Part shown: one piece after another, positions 14,330 to 27,095 of the stretch
Numbering within the stretch: the first letter of the stretch is position 1
Layout of the letters: each line of letters begins with the position of its first letter
NCBI RefSeq assembly: GCF_003790525.1
Contig: NZ_CP033635.1
DNA: 64,000 nucleotides
Strand: one strand, 5' to 3'
Source: Escherichia coli
GTDB taxonomy: Bacteria > Pseudomonadota > Gammaproteobacteria > Enterobacterales > Enterobacteriaceae
Notes under the pieces: model-generated
The model's input: only the letters and a program-made list of their open reading frames with translations
Told to the model about the DNA's origin: nothing
Databases searched by the model: none
Program-made: the position numbers and the translations under genes

Positions 14330-14482
14330 TATTCCTGCTCTCGTACCTGAATGATAAGAAAAGAGATTCAAAACAGTTTGATGTTATTGAATTTTCAGAC
14401 GGCTAACAATGAGACACCAGATTAAATGATAGTCGGGGAGGGAGAGAAGAGGAGGGCGCAATGGCTGCGCCCGAAAAATAAA

Positions 14483-14881
14483 TTAGTCGCGCTTCGCGCC
14501 AGTACGCAGCAGGCCGGATGCGCCTTCAGAATAGTCGCGAGGCATTTGCACCGGTGCCTGATCGTTGCTGGCTTCAGACTCTGCCAGACGATTACGGAAC
14601 GGGTTTGCTTCAGCAGACAGTTCCGGCAGCAGGCTGCTGGAGCTTTTCGCCATGTGTTGATACAGCTGGCGATAGTCGTGCGCCATGGTATCCAGTAATT
14701 CCGCGCTGCGGGCAAAGTGGCTAACCAGCTCTTCGCGATACTCGTCCAGTTCAGCTTTATTCTTTTCCAGTTCGTACTGCAACGCCTGTTGCTGGCGTAG
14801 TTTACGATTACCAAAACGCATGGCCACAGCACCAATAATGATGCCGACGACTAACCCAATTAGCGCATATTCCCAGGTCAT
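14483..14881 (-). CDS. zapG: Inner-membrane protein ZapG/YhcB (132 aa)
   Basis: ORF MTWEYALIGLVVGIIIGAV... with N-terminal TM helix; recognised as YhcB. Confidence 0.9.
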   Translation of the reverse strand: MTWEYALIGLVVGIIIGAVAMRFGNRKLRQQQALQYELEKNKAELDEYREELVSHFARSAELLDTMAHDYRQLYQHMAKSSSSLLPELSAEANPFRNRLAESEASNDQAPVQMPRDYSEGASGLLRTGAKRD

Positions 14882-15074
14882 GAACATCTCCCGTTGTCTT
14901 TTGTTTCCGTAGGGTGTTGGCTTCAGGCTCCATGCCTGCGGCTGATTATGCCACTATAACCGTTAATTCCACAGAAGTGGAATCCCGACTGCATATCGCG
15001 TAGTGTAGAACGGCCTTTTTTTCGTCAACCGTGAACAACGGCGCACCGATTATTCAAGGAATAACAATAAGATC

Positions 15075-16202
15075 ATGCAAAGCGTTACCCCAACATCGCA
15101 ATACCTGAAGGCGCTCAATGAAGGCAGCCATCAACCCGACGACGTTCAAAAAGAGGCCGTCAGCCGCCTGGAAATTATTTATCAGGAACTCATCAATAGC
15201 ACGCCTCCAGCCCCTAGGACGAGTGGGCTAATGGCGCGGGTCGGTAAGCTGTGGAGTAAACGCGAAGACACAAAGCATACGCCAGTGCGTGGCTTATATA
15301 TGTGGGGCGGTGTAGGACGCGGGAAAACCTGGCTGATGGACCTTTTCTATCAAAGCCTGCCGGGAGAGCGGAAACAGCGTCTGCACTTTCACCGTTTTAT
15401 GCTGCGGGTGCACGAAGAGCTGACCGAATTACAAGGCCAAAGCGATCCGCTGGAAATTATTGCCGATCGCTTTAAAGCAGAAACTGACGTGCTCTGTTTT
15501 GACGAATTTTTTGTTTCTGATATTACCGATGCCATGCTACTTGGCGGTCTGATGAAAGCCCTGTTCGCCCGAGGTATTACCCTGGTAGCGACGTCAAATA
15601 TTCCGCCGGACGAACTTTATCGAAATGGCCTACAACGTGCGCGTTTTTTGCCTGCAATCGATGCCATTAAACAGCATTGTGATGTAATGAACGTGGACGC
15701 TGGTGTTGATTATCGACTGCGTACACTCACTCAGGCGCATCTGTGGCTTTCGCCCCTCAACGATGAAACCCGGGCGCAAATGGATAAACTATGGTTGGCG
15801 CTGGCGGGGGCGAAACGAGAAAATTCACCGACATTAGAAATCAACCATCGGCCATTGGCGACAATGGGCGTCGAGAACCAGACGCTGGCGGTCTCTTTTA
15901 CTACGCTGTGCGTCGACGCCCGCAGTCAGCATGACTATATTGCGCTCTCACGCCTCTTTCACACGGTCATGTTGTTTGATGTACCAGTTATGACGCGGTT
16001 GATGGAGAGCGAAGCGCGGCGCTTTATTGCGCTGGTGGATGAGTTTTACGAGCGCCATGTCAAATTAGTGGTGAGTGCAGAAGTGCCGCTATATGACATT
16101 TATCAGGGCGAGCGGCTGAAATTTGAGTTCCAGCGTTGCCTGTCACGTCTGCAAGAGATGCAAAGCGAAGAGTATCTGAAGCGCGAGCATTTAGCGGGTT
16201 AA
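15075..16202 (+). CDS. zapE: Cell division ATPase ZapE/YhcM (375 aa)
   Basis: Full ORF; Walker A GGVGRGKT; recognised as ZapE. Confidence 0.93.
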   Translation: MQSVTPTSQYLKALNEGSHQPDDVQKEAVSRLEIIYQELINSTPPAPRTSGLMARVGKLWSKREDTKHTPVRGLYMWGGVGRGKTWLMDLFYQSLPGERKQRLHFHRFMLRVHEELTELQGQSDPLEIIADRFKAETDVLCFDEFFVSDITDAMLLGGLMKALFARGITLVATSNIPPDELYRNGLQRARFLPAIDAIKQHCDVMNVDAGVDYRLRTLTQAHLWLSPLNDETRAQMDKLWLALAGAKRENSPTLEINHRPLATMGVENQTLAVSFTTLCVDARSQHDYIALSRLFHTVMLFDVPVMTRLMESEARRFIALVDEFYERHVKLVVSAEVPLYDIYQGERLKFEFQRCLSRLQEMQSEEYLKREHLAG

Positions 16203-16333
16203 AACCTGCCACAAATCACAAAAAGGGGTCGATCTTTGACCCCGACTTCTCTATAATCCTGCGACCCCACGTTACAAGAAAGTTTTTTTCCCAAAACTTT
16301 TTGTGTGCTGGCATAGGCTATTCGAAGGGGTAG

Positions 16334-16849
<516 letters not shown>

Positions 16850-16861
16850 TCGGGATTATAG

Positions 16862-17257
<396 letters not shown>

Positions 17258-17290
17258 TTGGCTTCTGCTCCGGCAGAAAACAATTTGCGA

Positions 17291-17318
17291 AAAAACCCGC
17301 TTCGGCGGGTTTTTTTAT
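17291..17318 (+). terminator. Rho-independent terminator of the rplM-rpsI operon
   Basis: aaaaacccgcttcggcgggttttttt hairpin plus T-run. Confidence 0.85.
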
Positions 17319-17650
17319 GGCTAAATTCTGAATCAGCGTAAAAAATGGAAAGTTGCTTTTTGCTGCCGTCTGACAACAGGCAAAACAAAAACCACATCGC
17401 CAATAAGGGACTAAGTCAACTATTTCAGACTAAAGCGCATCTCTTTTTCCCCATTTCCGGCATCGACTCACCACAAAGGTCGCAAAATCTGGTAAACTAT
17501 CATCCAATTTTCTGCCCAAATGTCGGGTATTGCTCATTTTTTGTTTGATTTTCGAACAAAGAGAGTCGTTCCTTACTGGGTAACACAACTTCTGACTGGC
17601 CACCTGGTGGCTGGTAGCAGTAAAAATTCTGACTATACCTGGAGGTTTTC

Positions 17651-18289
17651 ATGGCTGTCGCTGCCAACAAACGTTCGGTAATGACGCTGTTTTCCGGTCC
17701 TACTGACATCTATAGCCATCAGGTCCGCATTGTGCTGGCTGAGAAAGGTGTAAGTTTCGAGATCGAACACGTGGAAAAGGACAATCCGCCTCAGGATCTG
17801 ATTGACCTCAACCCGAATCAGAGCGTTCCGACCCTGGTGGATCGTGAGCTGACCCTGTGGGAATCTCGCATCATTATGGAATATCTGGATGAGCGTTTCC
17901 CGCATCCGCCACTGATGCCTGTTTACCCGGTAGCTCGCGGTGAAAGCCGTCTGTACATGCATCGCATCGAAAAAGACTGGTACACGCTGATGAACACCAT
18001 CATCAACGGTTCAGCTTCTGAAGCAGATGCCGCACGTAAGCAACTGCGCGAAGAACTGCTGGCGATTGCGCCGGTCTTCGGTCAGAAGCCGTACTTCCTG
18101 AGCGATGAGTTCAGCCTGGTCGATTGCTACCTTGCTCCGCTGCTGTGGCGTTTGCCGCAACTGGGCATCGAGTTCAGCGGCCCGGGGGCGAAAGAGCTGA
18201 AAGGCTATATGACCCGCGTCTTTGAGCGTGACTCTTTCCTTGCTTCTTTAACTGAAGCTGAACGTGAAATGCGTCTGGGCCGGAGTTAA
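17651..18289 (+). CDS. sspA: Stringent starvation protein A (212 aa)
   Basis: Full ORF; GST-like sequence recognised as SspA. Confidence 0.96.
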   Translation: MAVAANKRSVMTLFSGPTDIYSHQVRIVLAEKGVSFEIEHVEKDNPPQDLIDLNPNQSVPTLVDRELTLWESRIIMEYLDERFPHPPLMPVYPVARGESRLYMHRIEKDWYTLMNTIINGSASEADAARKQLREELLAIAPVFGQKPYFLSDEFSLVDCYLAPLLWRLPQLGIEFSGPGAKELKGYMTRVFERDSFLASLTEAEREMRLGRS

Positions 18290-18294
18290 TCTGT

Positions 18295-18792
18295 ATGGAT
18301 TTGTCACAGCTAACACCACGTCGTCCCTATCTGCTGCGTGCATTCTATGAGTGGTTGCTGGATAACCAGCTCACGCCGCACCTGGTGGTGGATGTGACGC
18401 TCCCTGGCGTGCAGGTTCCTATGGAATATGCGCGTGACGGGCAAATCGTACTCAACATTGCGCCGCGAGCTGTCGGCAATCTGGAACTGTCGAATGATGA
18501 GGTGCGCTTTAACGCGCGCTTTGGTGGCATTCCGCGTCAGGTTTCTGTGCCGCTGGCTGCCGTGCTGGCTATCTACGCCCGTGAAAATGGCGCAGGCACG
18601 ATGTTTGAGCCTGAAGCTGCCTACGATGAAGATGCCAGCATCATGAATGATGAAGAGGCATCGGCAGACAACGAAACCGTTATGTCGGTTATTGATGGCG
18701 ACAAGCCAGATCACGATGATGACACTCATCCTGACGATGAACCACCGCAGCCACCACGCGGTGGTCGACCAGCATTACGCGTTGTGAAGTAA
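18295..18792 (+). CDS. sspB: ClpXP adaptor, stringent starvation protein B (165 aa)
   Basis: Full ORF with acidic C-terminal tail ending ...GGRPALRVVK (ClpX-binding); recognised as SspB. Confidence 0.96.
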   Translation: MDLSQLTPRRPYLLRAFYEWLLDNQLTPHLVVDVTLPGVQVPMEYARDGQIVLNIAPRAVGNLELSNDEVRFNARFGGIPRQVSVPLAAVLAIYARENGAGTMFEPEAAYDEDASIMNDEEASADNETVMSVIDGDKPDHDDDTHPDDEPPQPPRGGRPALRVVK

Positions 18793-18796
18793 TACT

Positions 18797-18830
18797 AAAA
18801 CAGGCCCTGGCGGCCTGTTTTGTCTTTTTA
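18797..18830. terminator. Bidirectional terminator between sspB and convergent dcuD
   Basis: aaaacaggccctggcggcctgttttgtcttttt hairpin flanked by A and T runs. Confidence 0.8.
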
Positions 18831-18835
18831 ATCGC

Positions 18836-20203
18836 TTAATAAAATAGCGTGATAGTGGCAATCATATTCACCACGAAACCGACTGCCATGGGGATCGCTG
18901 TCCGCTTCACTACCGCAAAAGGCGAAACGCCTGCAATTCCTGACGTAACGACCACCACCGCAGTAATCGGCGAAACAGCGCGCGCTAGCGTCGTGGCAAA
19001 ATGCATTGGCATAATCATTACAACCGCTGGTACATGTAGTCCGGCTGCGATATTCGGAATAAGACTGGCAAATGACATAAACGGCGCATTGCCTGAGCCC
19101 ATCACAATGGCACAAATGGCAATGACCAGCGCCATAATAATCATCACGCCAATACCGCCCAGACCAGAATGCTCCGCCCCCCTGATAACCGCATCGACAG
19201 TGCCAATCGTCGTTAAGCCTTTCGCAAATATTTCACCCGCGACCACCAGCGTTACCACGTTGGCAAACTGCGTACCCATGCCGTCAAAAAACGCCTGCAC
19301 ATCGTCCATTGTTTCGCGCAAGTTATGCTTGCGGAAGAACTCAACAAACATCGTCACCGTCAAACTCAGTAACATCACCACCACCAGATGCAGTTCTGAC
19401 TGCATCAGCCCGACGTGGGCAAGGAACAGCGAGCCGAGCATCAGGATTAACGGCATCACCGGTAAAATGGCGTAATAGAGCGGCGGGACATTATCGAGAG
19501 CTTTTTGCTCTGCCTGTTCGTGATTGATATGTTTATCTTTTTTGTCGAAAGCGCGTTGCACGAAAAAGTGGGAGATCGCCACCGAGATAATGACGCAAGA
19601 GGCGACCGGAAGCTGGTAGTGGAAGAAGTAAGTGGCAATTTTCATTCCTGCGACCTGGGCAGCAAAAATGGAGTTCGTTTCCAGAATCCCCCACTCAATG
19701 GACATGGTGGTTGCGATAACCGCCACCGCAGAGAGACGACTTACTCCCAGACTCACCAGCGTCGGAAATAAGGTGACCATCAGCAACATACCCAGACCGG
19801 AGGCGCTGGTAATAAACTGCGCCATGATTTGGCCGATGACGTAAGTTGCCGACAGAATAATATACGGCGAGCGAATGAGTTTTAACGGGCGGCTTAACAA
19901 GCTCACCATCGCGCGACTTGCCCCTATGCGCTCCATATAGCGGGCATAACCGCCCACTGCCATAATCGACAGCCCCAATCCGGCAATGCGGTTGGACAGC
20001 ATGCGCAGGATTTCATTATAAATATCGACGATCAAGTAGCCGCTGCTTTTGGCGGGATCGAGCACACCACCGAACCCTAACCAGACACCGCACATCATCA
20101 GGAAGATACCTGCGGCAGCCAGCACCACCTGAGGTTTGTAGTTTTTCAGGATCAAATAGCCCATCGTAATTAATACGATGACAGATATAATTATGCCGAA
20201 CAT
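18836..20203 (-). CDS. dcuD: Putative C4-dicarboxylate transporter DcuD (455 aa, DcuC family)
   Basis: Polytopic membrane protein; ATG at 20203 ([11 protein letters not shown]...) fits the recalled DcuD N-terminus; the track ORF extends 6 codons further upstream. Confidence 0.88.
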   Translation of the reverse strand: MFGIIISVIVLITMGYLILKNYKPQVVLAAAGIFLMMCGVWLGFGGVLDPAKSSGYLIVDIYNEILRMLSNRIAGLGLSIMAVGGYARYMERIGASRAMVSLLSRPLKLIRSPYIILSATYVIGQIMAQFITSASGLGMLLMVTLFPTLVSLGVSRLSAVAVIATTMSIEWGILETNSIFAAQVAGMKIATYFFHYQLPVASCVIISVAISHFFVQRAFDKKDKHINHEQAEQKALDNVPPLYYAILPVMPLILMLGSLFLAHVGLMQSELHLVVVMLLSLTVTMFVEFFRKHNLRETMDDVQAFFDGMGTQFANVVTLVVAGEIFAKGLTTIGTVDAVIRGAEHSGLGGIGVMIIMALVIAICAIVMGSGNAPFMSFASLIPNIAAGLHVPAVVMIMPMHFATTLARAVSPITAVVVVTSGIAGVSPFAVVKRTAIPMAVGFVVNMIATITLFY

Positions 20204-20582
20204 TGTTGAACTCCGTGTCAAAAGAAAACGGTCAATCCCATAAACGGCAGATTGAAAACAATGATGTTATATTTTTTGCAAGGCTATTTATGGTGCGGAT
20301 GTCGTGTTTTTAATTGTAGATGAGGTGATTTTTCATTAAAAAATATGCGCTTATGATTATTTTGTAAGAACACATTCATAATATTCATAATACTTGTTAA
20401 TAGTCTTATGAATAATTCAATCGGGATGTTTTTATCTGCGTTACATTAATTTTTCGCAATAGTTAATTATTCAGTTAATTATAGTAATGATGAGGCACAA
20501 AGAGAAAACCCCGCCATTTCCCCCTACTTTCAATCCTGTGATAGGATGTCACTGATGATGTTAATCACACTGACCTTACAGA

Positions 20583-21374
20583 ATGGGCCTTATGAACGCA
20601 TTTGATTCGCAAACCGAAGATTCTTCACCTGTAATTGGCCGCAACTTACGCAGCCGCCCGCTGGCGCGTAAAAAACTCTCCGAAATGGTGGAAGAAGAGC
20701 TGGAACAGATGATCCGCCGTCGTGAATTTGGCGAAGGTGAACAATTACCGTCTGAACGCGAACTGATGGCGTTCTTTAACGTCGGGCGTCCTTCGGTGCG
20801 TGAAGCGCTGGCAGCGTTAAAACGCAAAGGTCTGGTGCAGATAAACAACGGCGAACGCGCTCGCGTCTCACGTCCTTCTGCGGACACCATCATCGGCGAG
20901 CTTTCCGGCATGGCGAAAGATTTCCTTTCTCATCCTGGCGGGATTGCCCATTTCGAACAATTACGTCTGTTCTTTGAATCCAGCCTGGTGCGCTATGCGG
21001 CTGAACACGCTACCGATGAGCAAATCGATTTGCTGGCAAAAGCACTGGAAATCAACAGTCAGTCGCTGGATAACAACGCGGCATTCATTCGTTCAGACGT
21101 TGATTTCCACCGCGTGCTGGCGGAGATCCCCGGTAACCCAATCTTCATGGCGATCCACGTTGCCCTGCTCGACTGGCTGATCGCCGCACGTCCAACCGTG
21201 GCTGATCAGGCTCTGCACGAGCATAACAACGTTAGCTATCAACAGCATATTGCGATCGTTGACGCGATCCGCCGCCACGATCCCGATGAAGCCGATCGCG
21301 CGTTGCAATCGCATCTCAACAGCGTCTCTGCTACCTGGCACGCCTTCGGTCAGACCACCAACAAAAAGAAATAA
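20583..21374 (+). CDS. nanR: GntR/FadR-family sialic acid regulon repressor NanR (263 aa)
   Basis: Full ORF; recognised as NanR; directly upstream of nanATEK. Confidence 0.95.
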   Translation: MGLMNAFDSQTEDSSPVIGRNLRSRPLARKKLSEMVEEELEQMIRRREFGEGEQLPSERELMAFFNVGRPSVREALAALKRKGLVQINNGERARVSRPSADTIIGELSGMAKDFLSHPGGIAHFEQLRLFFESSLVRYAAEHATDEQIDLLAKALEINSQSLDNNAAFIRSDVDFHRVLAEIPGNPIFMAIHVALLDWLIAARPTVADQALHEHNNVSYQQHIAIVDAIRRHDPDEADRALQSHLNSVSATWHAFGQTTNKKK

Positions 21375-21437
21375 TGCCACTTTAGTGAAGCAGATCGCAT
21401 TATAAGCTTTCTGTATGGGGTGTTGCTTAATTGATCT

Positions 21438-21460
21438 GGTATAACAGGTATAAAGGTATA
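21438..21460 (+). promoter_or_regulatory. NanR operator: three tandem GGTATA repeats in the nanA promoter
   Basis: GGTATAacaGGTATAaaGGTATA seen directly ~40 bp upstream of nanA; matches the described NanR site. Confidence 0.85.
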
Positions 21461-21495
21461 TCGTTTATCAGACAAGCATCACTTCAGAGGTATTT

Positions 21496-22389
21496 ATGGC
21501 AACGAATTTACGTGGCGTAATGGCCGCACTCCTGACTCCTTTTGATCAACAACAAGCACTGGATAAAGCGAGTCTGCGTCGCCTGGTTCAGTTCAATATT
21601 CAGCAGGGCATCGACGGTTTATACGTGGGTGGTTCTACCGGCGAAGCCTTTGTACAAAGCCTTTCCGAGCGTGAACAGGTACTGGAAATCGTCGCCGAAG
21701 AGGCGAAAGGCAAGATTAAACTCATCGCTCACGTAGGTTGCGTCAGCACCGCCGAAAGCCAACAACTTGCGGCATCGGCTAAACGTTATGGCTTCGATGC
21801 CGTCTCCGCCGTCACACCGTTCTACTATCCTTTCAGCTTTGAAGAACACTGCGATCACTATCGGGCAATTATTGATTCAGCGGATGGTTTGCCGATGGTG
21901 GTGTACAACATTCCGGCGTTAAGTGGCGTTAAACTGAGCCTGGATCAGATCAACACTCTGGTTACGTTGCCAGGTGTTGGCGCGCTGAAACAGACCTCTG
22001 GCGATCTCTATCAGATGGAGCAGATCCGTCGTGAACATCCGGATCTGGTGCTCTATAACGGTTACGACGAAATCTTCGCCTCTGGTCTTCTGGCGGGCGC
22101 TGATGGTGGTATCGGTAGTACCTACAACATCATGGGCTGGCGTTATCAGGGCATTGTTAAGGCGCTGAAAGAAGGCGATATCCAGACCGCGCAGAAGCTG
22201 CAAACCGAATGTAATAAAGTCATTGATTTACTGATCAAAACGGGCGTATTCCGCGGCCTGAAAACGGTCCTCCATTATATGGATGTCGTTTCTGTGCCGC
22301 TGTGCCGCAAACCGTTTGGTCCGGTAGATGAAAAATATCTGCCAGAACTGAAGGCGCTGGCCCAGCAGTTGATGCAAGAGCGCGGGTGA
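21496..22389 (+). CDS. nanA: N-acetylneuraminate lyase (297 aa)
   Basis: Full ORF; recognised as NanA. Confidence 0.97.
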
Positions 22390-22395
22390 GTTTTT

Positions 22396-22430
22396 TCCCC
22401 TCGCTCGCCCCTACCGGGTGAGGGGAAATA
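22396..22430. repeat. Second copy of the GC-rich palindromic repeat (cccctcgctcgcccctaccgggtgaggggaa)
   Basis: Shares the CCCCTCGC...GGGTGAGGGGAA ends with the element at 4545-4585. Confidence 0.5.
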
Positions 22431-22497
22431 AACGCATCTGTACCCTACAATTTTCATACCAAAGCGTGTGGGCATCGCCCACCGCGGGAGACTCACA

Positions 22498-23988
22498 ATG
22501 AGTACTACAACCCAGAATATCCCGTGGTATCGCCATCTTAACCGCGCACAATGGCGGGCATTTTCCGCTGCCTGGTTGGGATATCTGCTTGACGGTTTTG
22601 ATTTCGTTTTAATCGCCCTGGTACTCACCGAAGTACAGGGTGAATTCGGGCTGACGACGGTGCAGGCGGCAAGTCTGATCTCCGCAGCCTTTATCTCTCG
22701 CTGGTTCGGCGGCCTGATGCTCGGCGCTATGGGTGACCGCTACGGGCGTCGTCTGGCAATGGTCACCAGCATCGTTCTCTTCTCGGCCGGGACGCTGGCC
22801 TGCGGCTTTGCGCCAGGCTACATCACCATGTTTATCGCTCGTCTGGTCATCGGCATGGGGATGGCGGGTGAATACGGTTCCAGCGCCACCTATGTCATTG
22901 AAAGCTGGCCAAAGCATCTGCGTAACAAAGCCAGTGGTTTTCTGATTTCCGGCTTCTCAGTGGGGGCCGTCGTTGCCGCTCAGGTCTATAGCCTGGTGGT
23001 TCCGGTCTGGGGCTGGCGTGCGCTGTTCTTTATCGGCATTTTGCCAATCATCTTTGCTCTCTGGCTGCGTAAAAACATCCCGGAAGCGGAAGACTGGAAA
23101 GAGAAACACGGGGGTAAAGCACCGGTACGCACGATGGTAGACATTCTTTACCGTGGTGAACATCGCATTGCCAATATCGTAATGACACTGGCGGCGGCTA
23201 CTGCGCTGTGGTTCTGCTTCGCCGGTAACCTGCAAAATGCCGCGATCGTCGCTGTTCTTGGGCTGTTATGCGCCGCAATCTTTATCAGCTTTATGGTGCA
23301 GAGTACGGGCAAACGCTGGCCAACGGGCGTAATGCTGATGGTGGTCGTGTTGTTTGCTTTCCTCTACTCATGGCCGATTCAGGCGCTGCTGCCAACGTAT
23401 CTGAAAACCGATCTGGCTTATGACCCGCATACTGTCGCCAATGTGCTGTTCTTTAGTGGCTTTGGCGCGGCGGTGGGGTGCTGCGTCGGTGGCTTCCTCG
23501 GTGACTGGCTGGGAACCCGCAAAGCGTACGTTTGTAGTCTGCTGGCCTCGCAGCTGCTGATTATTCCGGTATTTGCGATTGGCGGCGCAAACGTCTGGGT
23601 GCTCGGTCTGTTACTGTTCTTCCAGCAAATGCTTGGACAAGGGATCGCCGGGATCTTACCGAAACTGATTGGCGGTTATTTCGATACCGACCAGCGTGCA
23701 GCGGGCCTGGGCTTTACCTACAACGTTGGCGCATTGGGCGGCGCACTGGCCCCAATCATCGGCGCGTTGATCGCTCAACGTCTGGATCTGGGTACTGCGC
23801 TGGCATCGCTCTCGTTCAGTTTGACGTTTGTGGTGATCCTGCTGATTGGTCTGGATATGCCTTCTCGCGTTCAGCGTTGGCTGCGCCCGGAAGCATTGCG
23901 TACTCATGACGCTATCGACGGCAAACCATTTAGCGGTGCCGTGCCATTTGGCAGCGCCAAAAACGATTTAGTCAAAACCAAAAGTTAA
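22498..23988 (+). CDS. nanT: Sialic acid transporter NanT (MFS, 496 aa)
   Basis: Internal Met [14 protein letters not shown]... of track ORF 22468..23988; recognised as NanT. Confidence 0.95.
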
Positions 23989-24035
23989 TCCTGTTGCCCG
24001 GTCTATGTACCGGGCCTTTCGCTAAGGGAAGATGT

Positions 24036-24721
24036 ATGTCGTTACTTGCACAACTGGATCAAAAAATCGCTGCTAACGGTGGCCTGATTGTCTCCTGCCA
24101 GCCGGTTCCTGACAGCCCGCTCGATAAACCCGAAATCGTCGCAGCCATGGCATTAGCGGCAGAGCAGGCGGGCGCGGTTGCCATTCGCATCGAAGGTGTG
24201 GTAAATCTGCAAGCCACGCGTGCGGTGGTGAGCGTGCCAATTATCGGGATTGTCAAACGCGATCTGGAGGATTCTCCGGTACGTATCACGGCCTATATTG
24301 AAGATGTCGATGCGCTGGCGCAGGCGGGCGCGGACATTATCGCCATTGACGGCACCGACCGCCCGCGTCCGGTGCCTGTTGAAACGCTGCTGGCACGTAT
24401 CCATCATCACGGTTTACTGGCGATGACCGACTGCTCAACGCCGGAAGACGGCCTGGCATGCCAAAAGCTGGGAGCCGAAATTATTGGCACTACGCTTTCT
24501 GGCTATACCACGCCTGAAACGCCAGAAGAGCCGGATCTGGCGCTGGTGAAAACGTTGAGCGACGCCGGATGTCGAGTGATTGCCGAAGGGCGTTACAACA
24601 CGCCTGCTCAGGCGGCGGATGCGATGCGCCACGGCGCGTGGGCGGTGACGGTCGGTTCTGCCATTACGCGTCTTGAACACATTTGTCAGTGGTACAACAC
24701 AGCGATGAAAAAGGCGGTGCT

Positions 24722-24725
<4 letters not shown>
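24036..24725 (+). CDS. nanE: N-acetylmannosamine-6-phosphate 2-epimerase NanE (229 aa)
   Basis: Internal Met [24 protein letters not shown]...; recognised as NanE. Confidence 0.94.
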
Positions 24726-26058
<1,333 letters not shown>

Positions 26059-26204
26059 ACGTATTCGCTCAGGCAGGGGGCGCTGGTTGGGAACTCAACG
26101 TTGGCATGGTTTCGCTGCTCTTGTGTAGATGTGTTGCAGTTATTTGCGACATTCCGCCGGAGTAGCGGAACTATGGAAAACGGCAATTGGCGCTCTTATC
26201 CCTT

Positions 26205-26236
26205 AGCTTTGTAAGGCTTAATTTTGGTAGAATGGG
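26205..26236 (+). promoter_or_regulatory. Candidate sigma70 promoter with extended -10 (TGgTAGAAT) for the AT-rich two-gene module
   Basis: TGGTAGAAT at 26225-26233 seen directly; the -35 is weak (TTGTAA or TTAGCT with non-ideal spacing). Confidence 0.35.
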
Positions 26237-26264
26237 GAATCGTTTAACGGAAAAAAACAATCAG

Positions 26265-26759
26265 ATGATTTCTTTTCTATCCGATGAATTTGAGGAATTT
26301 CCGCAGGGAGATTTTTTAAATCATCTCTATAGGTTTTCGGTAGACCATCATCATTTTATCGTGATATTTAGCCCTATTGATATTAGCGATGCGGAGTACC
26401 ATCAATACCGTAGCGAGGAAGTTGGATTTGAAATCCCAACTAATTGTTTTGATGTGAAATTTGATAGGCAAGAAAACTTTGATAGTGGTAACTTTTACAT
26501 GCCCCCCGCCGCAACTGAATGCTCGAGGCGCAGACGCTTTACTGATGAACTCGCAGAGGCGCTAGCAACGATTATTGAAAAGCATTACATCATTTATCAT
26601 GCCAGGGCTTATCTTGCCATCGCAGAGAATGACAAGTTGAAACGTTACTATGACCGGATTTTACACAATGCCCCGGCTAATGTAGCATATAGAGTAATCA
26701 AAGATGTTGGAGAGGAGGAACGAGGTTATGCCATACAAACCGAATGTTTCCGAACTTAA
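26265..26759 (+). CDS. Hypothetical acidic protein (~164 aa from ATG 26265; alternative starts 26232 or 26187), no recognised domain
   Basis: Single long ORF in an AT-rich (~40% GC by eye) segment; MISFLSDEFEEFPQGDFLNHLYRF...; no motif I recognise; start ambiguous, weak RBS. Confidence 0.6.
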   Translation: MISFLSDEFEEFPQGDFLNHLYRFSVDHHHFIVIFSPIDISDAEYHQYRSEEVGFEIPTNCFDVKFDRQENFDSGNFYMPPAATECSRRRRFTDELAEALATIIEKHYIIYHARAYLAIAENDKLKRYYDRILHNAPANVAYRVIKDVGEEERGYAIQTECFRT

Positions 26760-26874
26760 GAAAATGACTGTTGCAGAGCGCAAGAAAGAAGCCATGCGCC
26801 AGCTTAAAGCATCCTTTGAGCGCGCCAGCATTGAAGGGACTTTGCATAAACGCTCTGCAAAGTCTGTTGCGTAA
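26728..26874 (+). CDS. Hypothetical small basic protein (48 aa), overlaps the 3' end of the preceding ORF by 32 nt in another frame
   Basis: Strong RBS GAGGAGG 7-13 nt upstream of ATG 26728; MPYKPNVSELKKMTVAERKKEAMRQLKASFERASIEGTLHKRSAKSVA; below the ORF-track length cutoff, found by reading. Confidence 0.5.
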   Translation: MPYKPNVSELKKMTVAERKKEAMRQLKASFERASIEGTLHKRSAKSVA

Positions 26875-26888
26875 TGAAAGATTTCAAT

Positions 26889-26914
26889 AACCCGCTGCGG
26901 CGGGCCTTTTTTTG
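26889..26914. terminator. Rho-independent terminator 15 nt after the small ORF (possibly bidirectional, facing the convergent VWA gene)
   Basis: cccgctgcggcgggcctttttttg: GC stem plus T7 run. Confidence 0.75.
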
Positions 26915-27095
26915 CCCTCAGAAAATCCCCTCTGACCTGCCTCAGGGATTATATACAACCTTCAGTTAATTAGCTGCGCACCATACGCGGCCCGAGCCTT
27001 ATCGCCTTGTTCAAATTCGACAATTCGTCGGCCAATTTCCCCGAACGTCGCGGTGCTAAGTACCGTATCCGTCCGGGCGTATCCGGCCAGAATTT

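Noticed and set aside
14329-14371. N-terminal extensions offered by the ORF track (for example degQ 469 aa, gltB 1522 aa, nanT 506 aa, kdsD 335 aa, lptA 192 aa)
   Set aside because: The track reports the longest open frame; internal starts with RBS and signal-peptide or known N-termini fit better, so the shorter forms were annotated.
16222-16252. Possible terminator after zapE (ggggtcgatctttgacccc)
   Set aside because: Hairpin exists but the trailing T-run is short and interrupted; rplM leader elements lie immediately downstream, so the call is too uncertain to list as a feature.
18849-19475. 208-aa plus-strand ORF antisense to dcuD
   Set aside because: Embedded in the dcuD membrane-protein gene; Thr/Ala/Ile-rich mirror-image translation.
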